Below, piece by piece: positions 20,437-29,849 of a stretch of DNA of 64,000 nucleotides (positions within the stretch are counted from its first letter, which is position 1; each line of letters opens with the position of its first letter). The stretch comes from Balneolales bacterium (GTDB taxonomy: Bacteria > Bacteroidota > Rhodothermia > Balneolales > Natronogracilivirgulaceae), in the NCBI GenBank assembly GCA_040905745.1, contig JBBDQY010000017.1:9513-73512 (forward strand), read 5' to 3'. The position numbers were made by a program, and so were the translations under genes. The notes under the pieces were generated by a model, which saw only the letters and a list, made by a program, of their open reading frames with translations, ran no database searches and was not told where the DNA came from.

Positions 20437-21315
20437 TTACCTTTTGAATGGTATAGATAGCCCCAGCCAGGGGATGCCGATATAACCTTCACCTTCAGAA
20501 AAGGTGCGGGCCAGGGCAAAATCGATAGCTATATTTTCGGGTGCCCAGCGAACTCCCAGAGAGCCGAAACCCAGAAAATCTTCAACTCCGGGGAATAAGT
20601 AATTCTCCGTGATGATATAAATGGTCCTTCCGGTCCGTATCATGCCGCTGATATTTAACATGGGCGTCTGTGACCAGTTGCTGCCTGCATATCCATAACC
20701 AAGACCGGTTGTTAAATTTCTGTCTTGTGAACCAAAAGTCACAGTACCATACAGGATCCCAAAAGTACCATCAGCGCCAGTGCCGGTAACTATACCCGTC
20801 AAAGCGCCGACCGATAAATGAATATTTTCCTGGGCCATAGGAATAGAGAACTTAGGCAACAACCAAATCGGAGTCTCGCTAATCCCGAATAAGAACATTG
20901 GAATGAAACCCGCACCCATTGAAAAATTATCAGTTAATCCATAATTCGCATTATTAAATAAAATCCAGGTATTCTGATAATATCCCTGGTCATCTCTAAG
21001 TCCCATAGCCGTTGGCGCAAAAAAATAGCGAGTAGAATGGGGGTTTTCAAACCAGTAAACACCGGTTTTAATGCGGTCAGCATCAACCTCTTCCATGGTT
21101 TTGATATTCGACCGTTGAATAGTGATCTCGCCAAGGCCGGTCGTGTTGATTACCAGAGCTTCCGTATTTTCAGAAATTATAGTTCCTATAAATACATTAC
21201 CATCCACCGTTTCAATCCGGTGTACTATTTCATTTTCCTGTCCCAAAACGTTTACAGGTAAAAGGAGCTGGAAAAGACATAAGCATATCAAGACCATAAA
21301 GGGAAGGTTTCTCAT
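20437..21315 (-). CDS. Hypothetical secreted protein, possibly outer-membrane beta-barrel-like
   Basis: 292 aa. Signal peptide MRNLPFMVLICLCLFQLLLPVNVLGQ. The C-terminal two thirds are Gly/aromatic-rich alternating segments. I do not recognise a family. Confidence 0.5.
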   Translation of the reverse strand: MRNLPFMVLICLCLFQLLLPVNVLGQENEIVHRIETVDGNVFIGTIISENTEALVINTTGLGEITIQRSNIKTMEEVDADRIKTGVYWFENPHSTRYFFAPTAMGLRDDQGYYQNTWILFNNANYGLTDNFSMGAGFIPMFLFGISETPIWLLPKFSIPMAQENIHLSVGALTGIVTGTGADGTFGILYGTVTFGSQDRNLTTGLGYGYAGSNWSQTPMLNISGMIRTGRTIYIITENYLFPGVEDFLGFGSLGVRWAPENIAIDFALARTFSEGEGYIGIPWLGLSIPFKR

Positions 21316-21481
21316 AAGATAAAATTAAAGGGTGAGGTAATAAGTTGATGCCATACTTATATATACTACATAGTGTACATGATAAATACAATGGTTAACA
21401 AAAAATAATGGGGGCATTCTGAGGTGCTGATGAATTCATCATTTGCTAAAGGGGGTATTAGAAATAAGCAGTATAAGCGTA

Positions 21482-24400
21482 TTATTTTATCAGCATCATC
21501 TTATCAAACCTTGATACACCATCGGTCTTTAGTATAGCCATGTAGGCCCCGGTTGCCATGCCGGAAGTATCAAATTCTAAAATATGTGGCCCCTTTCCCC
21601 TGTATTCATCTACCAGAGTGGCCACACGTCTTCCAATCAGATCATATATGACCAGTTCAACATGATTTGATTCCATTAGGTCAAAACGAATAGTGGTGCG
21701 ATCATTGAAAGGATTAGGGAAATTCGGATGAAGTGTCAGCTGGTCTGCCACTTTACCGACCCGGGTATATCCCCCCGGAGAATCATGATCCACGAATTCC
21801 TGATTATGAGCGGACCTGATCTCGTTTTTTAATCGTTCTTCGGAAATTTCCCAGGCGTAAATGAACCCAATACTTATTTCAGATTGGGGATAAAGGGTAT
21901 AGGGGCCGGTACCAATGACCATAGATATATCTTCGGCGCTTATGGCTGTATGTCCCGACTTACTGGTCAAGGCTAATCGTTTTTCGTCATCGGTGAAGCC
22001 ATTGTCATTCACATTACCTTCCTGATAAGTAATGCCGAAACTAAGGCTGTCTTCTCTGGTTTCGGCTCTGTCGAGAGTCATGGAAGATTCATTATCAATT
22101 GCAAGAATACCTGATAGATCTCCTGTTGTTGCGATTCCTGCAAAAACCGTAACATCTTCATGGCTTACATATATCAGATTTTCATCTTCTGAAAAATAAG
22201 TTTGATGAACCCCCGAATCCAGGAACTTCCAATAATTAAACAGGCCAAAATGCATATCCTCATAAACCAGTTCACTATTATTCTTGATTCGATAAGTCAG
22301 AAACAGTGTCCGGTAATTTGTTACGGTATTCAGGGCAGTTGCCTGGACTTCTATTTCAAGCTCTTTAGCAAACGGATGATTTGTCGAATGAAATTCTGCA
22401 GAACCGATAGTTACTCTGCGGATTCCAGATTCCTGTAATTGAAAATTTCTTACAGGTTGAAAGTGACGTGCTATACCTGTGCTGTCTCTAATCTGGTTGA
22501 TGACCACTTGTTCACCAGCTCTTTTCCCGGCAATCATAAAACCTGCTTCCTTCAATAGATTTTCATACCCCCGGGGGATAAAACCAAGGCCTATGGATTG
22601 ATCTTCCGGATGCATAAAACCTAAGGTACCATCGGAGGATATCGTCATGGTTAGCCAATCGGTCCCCATAATACCATAAAGCAACTCTTCATATTCGATG
22701 ATTTGAGTTCCATGGTAGGATTGATCTTCTTCATTTTCTATTGACCATGTAAGTCTGAATGCCGGAACGACGTCAAGCGGATAATCATCCTCAATAAAAA
22801 GCGAAAAATCAATATTAAAGGATTGCCCAGGTCCGAAACCACTCCTGTATTCTTGTTTATTATGAATGGTTATTCCAGGGTGAATAGATTCCAGTTCAAA
22901 TAAAATTTCGGGTGATGTATTTCCGAAATGCACCCCTTCGATGGTAAGCATACCAGACTCACCAATATTGAACTTCACACTTTGATCATTGGAGAAAGTG
23001 AAATTTGATAGGCTGATTAAAGGTGTGGTTTCCGTCATTGCGGCGTAGGCATCGATAACACCCTGGCCAAGCAGATTTTCGTATTGAGGGTCAGTATTGG
23101 CGTAGTTAATAGATCTGGCGGTGGCGCGGATCTGACTGGCGATACGCTGGGGAGGCCAATCCGGATACTCCGCTTTCAACAGAGCGGCCAAACCGCTGAC
23201 CATGGGGGTTGACAGGGAGGTTCCATTGGTTGTACGATACCCAGGTGACCACACATCTTCAGTTTCGTCATAAATAAATGTAGTTGTTAATGTGTTTTGC
23301 CCAACGGCAAATACATCTACATAAGGTCCATAACTGGAGAAAAAAGTAATTTTATCATCCAAATCATGGGTCACGGCACCGACCGCCAATACATCCGGAT
23401 AAGATGCCGGGTATGATCCCCGGGTTAATACGCCGGTATTTCCCATACCGGCGATTACAAGGGCGCCCATTTCCTGAGCAAACTTGATCACATCAGTTCC
23501 AAAATTCGATCTGCCGGCCCCAATAAAACTACAATTAATCACATCGGCACCGTTAATAGCTGCGTAAAGAATGCTATGATAGGCGAAAGGAAGCTTTTCC
23601 GGATATTTCTTAGTTCCGCCTGCTTTGACGGCCATAAACTTTGATTGAAAGCCCACCCCGGCTATGCCGGCAGAATTGTCGGTAACCGCTGCTGCAATGC
23701 CCGCTACCTGAGTTCCGTGATCACTGTACCTCCCGACGGGATCAGCATTTTGAACCAGAGGCTCTTTTGTATAAAGATCACCTGATTCCCAGAAATTCCA
23801 ACCTATCGTATCGTCTTTGATTTCAAATTCAGGGAACAGTTCATCGGCCCTGCCCGGTTCGGGATTGCGCCAAAGGTTAGCCTTAAGATCCGGATGGTCA
23901 TAATATACTCCCGTATCAATAATGGCTATAATCACATCGGAAGAGCCTTTTGTGATACCCCAGGCTTTGAAAACATTCAGATATCCAAAATAATTATGGT
24001 TAGGCTGTCCAATGAATGGATCGTTTGGGATATATACACTTCCCGAATCCTGATTAGAAGATGGCATAAATTGAGGCAAATCAGTACCTTGATATAAGAA
24101 ACTTGTTTGACTACCCTGATCAATGCTGCCTGTTGTTTGAGGTATATAATGGGGTTCGGCGTAAATTACGCCTTCAAGTTGTTCTAACTCTGCCGCAATA
24201 TGTAAGGGATCATCACTGGATTGATAAGTGACGGTAAAAGTTCGTTGAAGGGCGCCGGCAAGTTCTATTGCCTGAGCTGAGATTATGGGCTTTGATTTCT
24301 TCATTTCCTGAACTTCCATGAGACTTTGTGAACTGAACACAGGAGTTATCTCATGTAAATCGTAAGGTTGCATAAACGTTTTTATGCGTTGTACAGCATT

Positions 24401-24595
24401 AGCAATACCCGTCCCTAATGTGGTTATTTCTACGGATTGGGCGAATGATTTCACGCCAGAATCAGGTTCAAACTTGACAATTACCCGGCCGGGAAGATAA
24501 TCCTTGTCCGTATTTTGACCAGACAGATGTCCAGGATATCCCATTAATACCCACGCAAATATGACTAAAGCCGCAAATAGTTTCATAAATACCAA
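21482..24595 (-). CDS. Secreted S8 (subtilisin-like) serine peptidase with a large uncharacterised middle region and a T9SS C-terminal sorting domain
   Basis: 1,037 aa with a signal peptide. Catalytic triad contexts are IAIIDTGV (Asp), HGTQVAGIAAA (His) and NGTSLSTPMVSG (Ser). The C-terminus is a Por_Secre_tail-type CTD. Confidence 0.9.
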   Translation of the reverse strand: MVFMKLFAALVIFAWVLMGYPGHLSGQNTDKDYLPGRVIVKFEPDSGVKSFAQSVEITTLGTGIANAVQRIKTFMQPYDLHEITPVFSSQSLMEVQEMKKSKPIISAQAIELAGALQRTFTVTYQSSDDPLHIAAELEQLEGVIYAEPHYIPQTTGSIDQGSQTSFLYQGTDLPQFMPSSNQDSGSVYIPNDPFIGQPNHNYFGYLNVFKAWGITKGSSDVIIAIIDTGVYYDHPDLKANLWRNPEPGRADELFPEFEIKDDTIGWNFWESGDLYTKEPLVQNADPVGRYSDHGTQVAGIAAAVTDNSAGIAGVGFQSKFMAVKAGGTKKYPEKLPFAYHSILYAAINGADVINCSFIGAGRSNFGTDVIKFAQEMGALVIAGMGNTGVLTRGSYPASYPDVLAVGAVTHDLDDKITFFSSYGPYVDVFAVGQNTLTTTFIYDETEDVWSPGYRTTNGTSLSTPMVSGLAALLKAEYPDWPPQRIASQIRATARSINYANTDPQYENLLGQGVIDAYAAMTETTPLISLSNFTFSNDQSVKFNIGESGMLTIEGVHFGNTSPEILFELESIHPGITIHNKQEYRSGFGPGQSFNIDFSLFIEDDYPLDVVPAFRLTWSIENEEDQSYHGTQIIEYEELLYGIMGTDWLTMTISSDGTLGFMHPEDQSIGLGFIPRGYENLLKEAGFMIAGKRAGEQVVINQIRDSTGIARHFQPVRNFQLQESGIRRVTIGSAEFHSTNHPFAKELEIEVQATALNTVTNYRTLFLTYRIKNNSELVYEDMHFGLFNYWKFLDSGVHQTYFSEDENLIYVSHEDVTVFAGIATTGDLSGILAIDNESSMTLDRAETREDSLSFGITYQEGNVNDNGFTDDEKRLALTSKSGHTAISAEDISMVIGTGPYTLYPQSEISIGFIYAWEISEERLKNEIRSAHNQEFVDHDSPGGYTRVGKVADQLTLHPNFPNPFNDRTTIRFDLMESNHVELVIYDLIGRRVATLVDEYRGKGPHILEFDTSGMATGAYMAILKTDGVSRFDKMMLIK
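21485..21739 (-). other. Type-A T9SS C-terminal sorting domain of the S8 peptidase
   Basis: The last 85 aa are LTLHPNFPNPFNDRTTIRFDL...VELVIYDLIGRRVATLVDE...GAYMAILKTDG...KMMLIK. This is the classic NPFN...IxF...YDxxGRxV...G.Y pattern. Confidence 0.8.
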
Positions 24596-24787
24596 TGACC
24601 TGGATACATGTTAATAATGCTTCAGATGATATCTTAGTCGCTTTTTAAGATGCAAGCATTCCAACCTATTTTACAGATAATATCATATATATTCTTCATC
24701 TCTAATGAACGTTCATGTTAGATTATCGCTGCTTTGTTCATTATTATATGAATTAAGGTCAAGTCTTAATACTATTTTCATAATCAG

Positions 24788-25474
24788 ATGAGAATCAGAC
24801 GATCGATTACCATTTATGTTGCCATTCCCTGTATTGTAATGGGGCTGTTCTTTATCTCATCAGACAACGCCTCTGCAAAAATATTTAATCCCAGTAACGG
24901 AAAAATTTTATGCTGTGAGGAGAGTCATTATACTATAAATCAGGGTTTTCAATATAAAATAAAACTTGACCATCCTGAGCTTAAAAGCAAAACCCATGCT
25001 CGCTTTCATTCTTTGGGATATACAACCTTACCAATTCTTCTGGCAAGAGCAATGTCAATAGGATTTAAACCATCTGATCAGACAGGTTCATCTTTATTAT
25101 TGATCTCCACTGGAATCATAATTGGTCCTTCGGGCGGAAGTCTATACGCTGATGATTGGAATTTGGCAAAAAAAAGCATATTGATTCGTTCGGTCTCTGC
25201 TGGTGTCACGGTTTCAGGTTATCTATTAAAAGATGCGGAAACCACTAAATATCTAGGTCAGGTGATGCAAATTGCCGGCGGTATCCTACTGGCAGGACAT
25301 GCTCTTTACGATATCCTTATTTTATCAGCCCACTCTGTTGATTATTATAACCTGAGAGTTAGGATGGAAGCGGGTCTATCCATGCAAAATTCCATTCCGG
25401 ATGAATGGAGTAAGCTATCGGGAAGATCAATCCACAACTCACTTCCGGAAATTACAGTTCGTCTGCTTTTTTAA
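24788..25474 (+). CDS. Hypothetical membrane/secreted protein
   Basis: 228 aa. It has an N-terminal hydrophobic segment and several Gly/Ser-rich hydrophobic stretches. No family recognised. Confidence 0.5.
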   Translation: MRIRRSITIYVAIPCIVMGLFFISSDNASAKIFNPSNGKILCCEESHYTINQGFQYKIKLDHPELKSKTHARFHSLGYTTLPILLARAMSIGFKPSDQTGSSLLLISTGIIIGPSGGSLYADDWNLAKKSILIRSVSAGVTVSGYLLKDAETTKYLGQVMQIAGGILLAGHALYDILILSAHSVDYYNLRVRMEAGLSMQNSIPDEWSKLSGRSIHNSLPEITVRLLF

Positions 25475-25490
25475 TATTCCATCAAGTTCA

Positions 25491-26126
25491 TTATCCAGGC
25501 AGGTTATTATCACCAAATCGTTTGAAAATAACGTAATCTTCGCCTATCTGAACAGGACGTGAAATTTCTCCCACTTCCAGTTCAATCAGAATTTTGCTTA
25601 CATAGGAAGGATATTGGCTTGTATTTATTTCATTAAGGTACCGGCTGGTCATTCCCGTACTTGAATTTTCCTGAACTTGTTTTGCCAGTTGCTGAAAGCT
25701 TACTCCTGCCCTTAAACGAGAATAAAGGATATTGGCATCCTGTTCATTTTTAATACTCAGTTCGCCGAGATTTAATATATATGAAGGCAGGAGTTGAACT
25801 CTTATATTTTTTTGCACCCACACACTACTGTCAGATTCATGGGATGAAAACTTCCAGTTTTTCATAGAGTCAGCAACAGCATGATCCCAATTACTATCCT
25901 CACTTTTAGAAAGCAAACGCACATCTACCACGCTTCCGTCCTTCAAAACTTCAAATTGTACTCTGAGGGTGATCGGCTCTTCTACGGGTTCTCCTTCATA
26001 CAAAGGTAATTCTGTTTTTTCTATGATTTCAAATGTATCCCGTTGCGTGGCACATCCAATGAACAGCAGCAATAAACAAAACAGAAGAAATACCGGACTT
26101 TTTTTAATGTAATTAGTAAACCTCAT
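25491..26126 (-). CDS. Lipoprotein with a TonB-C-like segment and a degenerate parvulin (PpiC)-like segment
   Basis: The start is moved to ATG 26126, giving MRFTNYIKKSPVFLLFCLLLLFIGC (lipobox). LRVQFEVLKDGSVVDVRLL...WDHAVADSMKNWKF resembles TonB_C. FQQLAKQ...GEISRPVQIGEDYVIFKR resembles PpiC rotamases but lacks the usual Gly-rich core. Confidence 0.45.
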   Translation of the reverse strand: MRFTNYIKKSPVFLLFCLLLLFIGCATQRDTFEIIEKTELPLYEGEPVEEPITLRVQFEVLKDGSVVDVRLLSKSEDSNWDHAVADSMKNWKFSSHESDSSVWVQKNIRVQLLPSYILNLGELSIKNEQDANILYSRLRAGVSFQQLAKQVQENSSTGMTSRYLNEINTSQYPSYVSKILIELEVGEISRPVQIGEDYVIFKRFGDNNLPG

Positions 26127-26484
26127 TCTGTGCAACGATATGAAAATTGAATATACAATTAAACCCATTTTAGACACTAATATCAACAAAGAAAGAACGA
26201 TCAAAAAAGATACAATAGATATACCATTTCTTTTAATATCGGGAAAATTTATTTGATCGGTAATGTAAGAAATGCCAATGCCCTATAGGTAGGAAATCGT
26301 GCTGTACGGAAGCACTCTAAGTGATTGAAGAGTTTGCCATGAGAACTCGTTGTTAACATGTAAATAGCCTAATAAAATAAAGTTTGCCGATAAAAGTTAG
26401 CGATGAATATGAGGTTACATCCAGAGTTTTAAGGGGGAAGGAATTCACCCTTAATTAAATCAGAATACTAAAACCAATAAACTT

Positions 26485-27171
26485 ATGAAAAGAGTGAGCA
26501 TTAATGATACTGCTGCCGAAAAAATCGGAAACATAGCCGGTGCAATTGGAAGAGGTTTATTTGCAGGGTTTGCCGGCACTGTTGCAATGACTATCGTTCA
26601 AGTGATCGAAATGAAAATCACGAAAAGGTCAGGTTCAACAGTACCTGCTGATGGTCTTGAAAAAATAATGCCGTTAAAAGCCCCTGAAAATGAGGCGGAA
26701 AAAATGAAGCTGGCTCAGATAACGCACTTTGCTTATGGAACGGCATGGGGCATTCCCTTAGGTATAGTTAACCATGCAGGAATTTCCGCCACACTGGCCA
26801 GTATAAGTCATTTCGGTGCGGTTTGGGGTACAGCCATGATCTTACTCCCTAAACAGAATTTAGCTCCTCCCATTACAGAATGGGATACACAAACTATTTT
26901 AACAGATGCGATGCACCATATGGTATATGCATCAGTAGCTGGTTTAACATATCATGCCATCACCCGAAAAACACTGCTTAGTATTCGTCAGCCTCTTTCG
27001 ATCGGAACGCTTAGCAAATCCTTTATAAATTTATTAGGAATCATTTCCTTAAGTAAGTTTCAGAAATCCGCAAATAGATTTGATAAGAAGACCATTACCA
27101 AGTGGTATAAGAAAGACCACCGGAAACCTCTTGAAAAAGGAAAAAAAAGACTGGCAGATATAATAACCTGA
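26485..27171 (+). CDS. Hypothetical membrane protein with a Lys-rich C-terminal tail
   Basis: 228 aa. Gly/Ala-rich TM-like helices (GAIGRGLFAGFAGTVAMTIV, AYGTAWGIPLGIV, FGAVWGTAMILL). No family recognised. Confidence 0.5.
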   Translation: MKRVSINDTAAEKIGNIAGAIGRGLFAGFAGTVAMTIVQVIEMKITKRSGSTVPADGLEKIMPLKAPENEAEKMKLAQITHFAYGTAWGIPLGIVNHAGISATLASISHFGAVWGTAMILLPKQNLAPPITEWDTQTILTDAMHHMVYASVAGLTYHAITRKTLLSIRQPLSIGTLSKSFINLLGIISLSKFQKSANRFDKKTITKWYKKDHRKPLEKGKKRLADIIT

Positions 27172-27435
27172 TTAGTCCATAAGCCACCCATGCTTTAAAA
27201 ATAAGATGATTAAGCAGTTCGAACTTTATTCAGAAGAAGATATGTCTGAAAATGACAAATACAATAAGCACAAGTAATTTAAAGGCAAGCGTTATTCAGG
27301 AATGAAATTAAATCACTCACAAGTGGCAAAGACGAGGGGGTGAGGAGTCAAGTAATTAATTTCACACTGTTATGCTTTTCTTAAAAATATTTTAAAGTTA
27401 TTGGAAAATTTTATAAGAAATAGAGCATTTCTGAT

Positions 27436-27473
27436 ATTTATATTCATGGGGTTAATATACAATGAATATAAAT
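27436..27473 (+). promoter_or_regulatory. Perfect 12-bp inverted repeat (ATTTATATTCAT-N14-ATGAATATAAAT) ending 6 nt before the start codon of the LamG/T9SS gene
   Basis: Read directly from the sequence. The arms are 27436-27447 and 27462-27473. The ATG of the downstream gene is at 27480. Confidence 0.5.
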
Positions 27474-27479
27474 TATTAG

Positions 27480-29849
27480 ATGAGAATTGCGAGAATATTA
27501 TTGGCCTTACTGATAGTGACGGTCCCCTTTAATAAGACAGAAGTTCAGGCAAGTGACGGTTTAATAAATTCAAAAACGATAACAGAAACAGAGGCCCTTG
27601 AGGAAGTATTGGAAGATTATGCCCTGGCTTTTGAGGGTGGGGGAGTGTATGCCGGGGACGACGCTGATTATGCAGAAGCTCCGAATAGCAACGTCCACAG
27701 CGGATTCGATCAATTCACTGTTGAGGCTTGGTTTAAGGGTTACGGAACTATAGTCGGCAATGAATCTGCTTTCCCGGGTATCGGACCGTATAGCAATTCA
27801 CGAGGATGGACTCTGCGTACAGAAAATGAGGTATTTGCGGAAGAAGCTATTGAGTTTATATGGTATTTTCCGACGCGGAATGACTCTGACATTTTAAGGG
27901 TTGAGAATGTGATAACCGACCCGGACCTGTGGTATCATGTCGCTGTAACATTTGATGAGGGGGATGTCACGATCTTTCTTGATGGACAGAAGATCGCCCA
28001 TAAACCTGACGGTATAGCCAGTGTCATGGAAACTGATCATCCAATCACCTTCGGGGCCCGGCCTAACTGGGATGAAGACCCATATCCCCGTGAATTTAAT
28101 TATGCGTTAACGGGGCAACTTACAGAAATACGCACCTGGTCTGTACCCAAAAGTGAACAGCAAATCCAGGAGTATAAGGATGTTCGCATAACAGGAACAG
28201 AAATCAACCTCACTTCCTATTATCCCATGAATGAGGGCAGTGGGAATGTGCTCAGCGAAAAAATCAGGGGAAATGAAGCATTAATAACGGGAGCTGCCTG
28301 GGTTGATCTGACGGGACTAACCCTGCCTCAAAAAGTTCTGGTCCCACCGGCCATGGTTATGCTCAGTGAACCTTCTGACAATGCATTTAATATTGAATCA
28401 GGACCAGTATTTTCCTGGCATCCAACCGACCGTGCTGAGTTTTATGAACTTCAAGTAGCCATAGATTCTTCATTTTCAAATCTTTATGAAATTGGAAATA
28501 TACAGCAGTCTGATTACCACCTAGAGAAAGGCATGTTGGATCCTGAAACGGTTTATTATTGGAGGGTCAGAGCAGGTAATAATAGCGGTAAATCGGATTG
28601 GTCAGAGGTTTGGTCTTTCAGGACCGGAAGTTCTTCCGGAGAGATCGCAGAAATACCTGAACTGGTATATCCCGAGAACCAAACGGAAGGCCTGGCTTTA
28701 TCCCAATATCTCATGTGGAACCCTGTTGAAAATGCCGATAATTATGAATTGCAGGTTGCTGAAGATGAAGACTTCAACCAGATAGTCTTTCCTGCCGGAT
28801 TGGCTAGTTTAGAAAAAAAAGCTGATGGGTCCACAACCGGTATTATTCAGTCAGGTGAAAAGCCTGTTCAGGCAATGTATGTAGAGGGTCTGGATTATCA
28901 TAAAACCTACTATTGGAGGGTCAGGGGAATTAATCCCGACAGTGAAGGGGATTGGTCACAGGTCTACGGATTTCTCACGGTTAGAGACCCTGCTCAAAGC
29001 ACGGCACTGAGCGCTCCACAAAATAACAGTAAGGATATTGCTATCCCTGTGGAGCTTCTATGGGAAAAATTTGATGAAGCTGATGATTATGAACTGGAAA
29101 TTTCTCAATTTCCGGATTTCGACTCGGCCTTTCGCATATCTGCATTTAAAAAAGAGAGTTATCAGATCACAGAACTAAAAGATACCACCACCTATTATTG
29201 GAGAGTTCGTGCGACCGTTGATCAGCAAAAAACGGCATGGTCTCAGGTCGGTATGTTTACCACGGAACTACGGGTTCCGGAAATACCCCAATGGACACCG
29301 AATAATCATCAGGAAAATGTCGAGACAACACCACGGCTGGCCTGGTCAACCTCGGAAAGAGCGGAAAAATATGACCTTCAAATAGCTGATGATTCTGACT
29401 TCTCAAATATCAGGCTTGAATTGGAAGATCATATGAATACAGAATTTCAAATAAGCGATGCCCTTGCGGAAGGGGTGACTTACTACTGGCGGGTAAGAGC
29501 TGAAAATGATAGTGGACAAAGTGGCTGGTCGGAGGCATTAAGTTTCACGACTCACACGACAACATCAGCTTCAGATGATTTACCCATAGCGTTTGAGCTG
29601 AAGCAGAATTATCCAAACCCATTCAATCCAACAACTCAAATTCGATTCTCGATACCGGAACAGGTTCATGTAAATCTGGAGGTATATGACCTGCTTGGAC
29701 GGCGTGTGGCTACCTTAGTCAATGAATTAAAAACGCCTGGATGGTATGATATAACCTTCGATGCAACCAGCCTTACCAGTGGCATGTACATTTATCGTCT
29801 ACAGACAGAAAATCATATAGAGGCTAAGCAGATGATGTTAGTTAAATAA
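27480..29849 (+). CDS. Secreted LamG/concanavalin-like lectin-domain protein with four Fn3-like repeats and a T9SS C-terminal sorting domain
   Basis: 789 aa with a signal peptide. FTVEAWFK...WYHVAVTFDEGDVTIFLDGQ...LTGQLTEIRTW is the LamG/Laminin_G_3 pattern. Four ~95-aa modules follow, each ending in YYWRVR, and then a Por_Secre_tail CTD. Confidence 0.8.
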   Translation: MRIARILLALLIVTVPFNKTEVQASDGLINSKTITETEALEEVLEDYALAFEGGGVYAGDDADYAEAPNSNVHSGFDQFTVEAWFKGYGTIVGNESAFPGIGPYSNSRGWTLRTENEVFAEEAIEFIWYFPTRNDSDILRVENVITDPDLWYHVAVTFDEGDVTIFLDGQKIAHKPDGIASVMETDHPITFGARPNWDEDPYPREFNYALTGQLTEIRTWSVPKSEQQIQEYKDVRITGTEINLTSYYPMNEGSGNVLSEKIRGNEALITGAAWVDLTGLTLPQKVLVPPAMVMLSEPSDNAFNIESGPVFSWHPTDRAEFYELQVAIDSSFSNLYEIGNIQQSDYHLEKGMLDPETVYYWRVRAGNNSGKSDWSEVWSFRTGSSSGEIAEIPELVYPENQTEGLALSQYLMWNPVENADNYELQVAEDEDFNQIVFPAGLASLEKKADGSTTGIIQSGEKPVQAMYVEGLDYHKTYYWRVRGINPDSEGDWSQVYGFLTVRDPAQSTALSAPQNNSKDIAIPVELLWEKFDEADDYELEISQFPDFDSAFRISAFKKESYQITELKDTTTYYWRVRATVDQQKTAWSQVGMFTTELRVPEIPQWTPNNHQENVETTPRLAWSTSERAEKYDLQIADDSDFSNIRLELEDHMNTEFQISDALAEGVTYYWRVRAENDSGQSGWSEALSFTTHTTTSASDDLPIAFELKQNYPNPFNPTTQIRFSIPEQVHVNLEVYDLLGRRVATLVNELKTPGWYDITFDATSLTSGMYIYRLQTENHIEAKQMMLVK
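28341..29555 (+). repeat. Four tandem ~95-codon protein-level repeats (P-x-N...W...A..YELQ(V/I)A.D..F...YYWRVRA.N..G.S.WS....F.T)
   Basis: YYWRVR occurs four times (ETVYYWRVRAGNN, KTYYWRVRGINPD, TTYYWRVRATVDQ, VTYYWRVRAENDS). Each is preceded by a (D/E)xYEL(Q/E)(V/I) block. Confidence 0.7.
29592..29846 (+). other. Type-A T9SS C-terminal sorting domain of the LamG protein
   Basis: FELKQNYPNPFNPTTQIRFSIPE...LEVYDLLGRRVATLVNE...GMYIYRLQTEN...QMMLVK. It is clearly similar to the CTD of the S8 peptidase. Confidence 0.8.
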
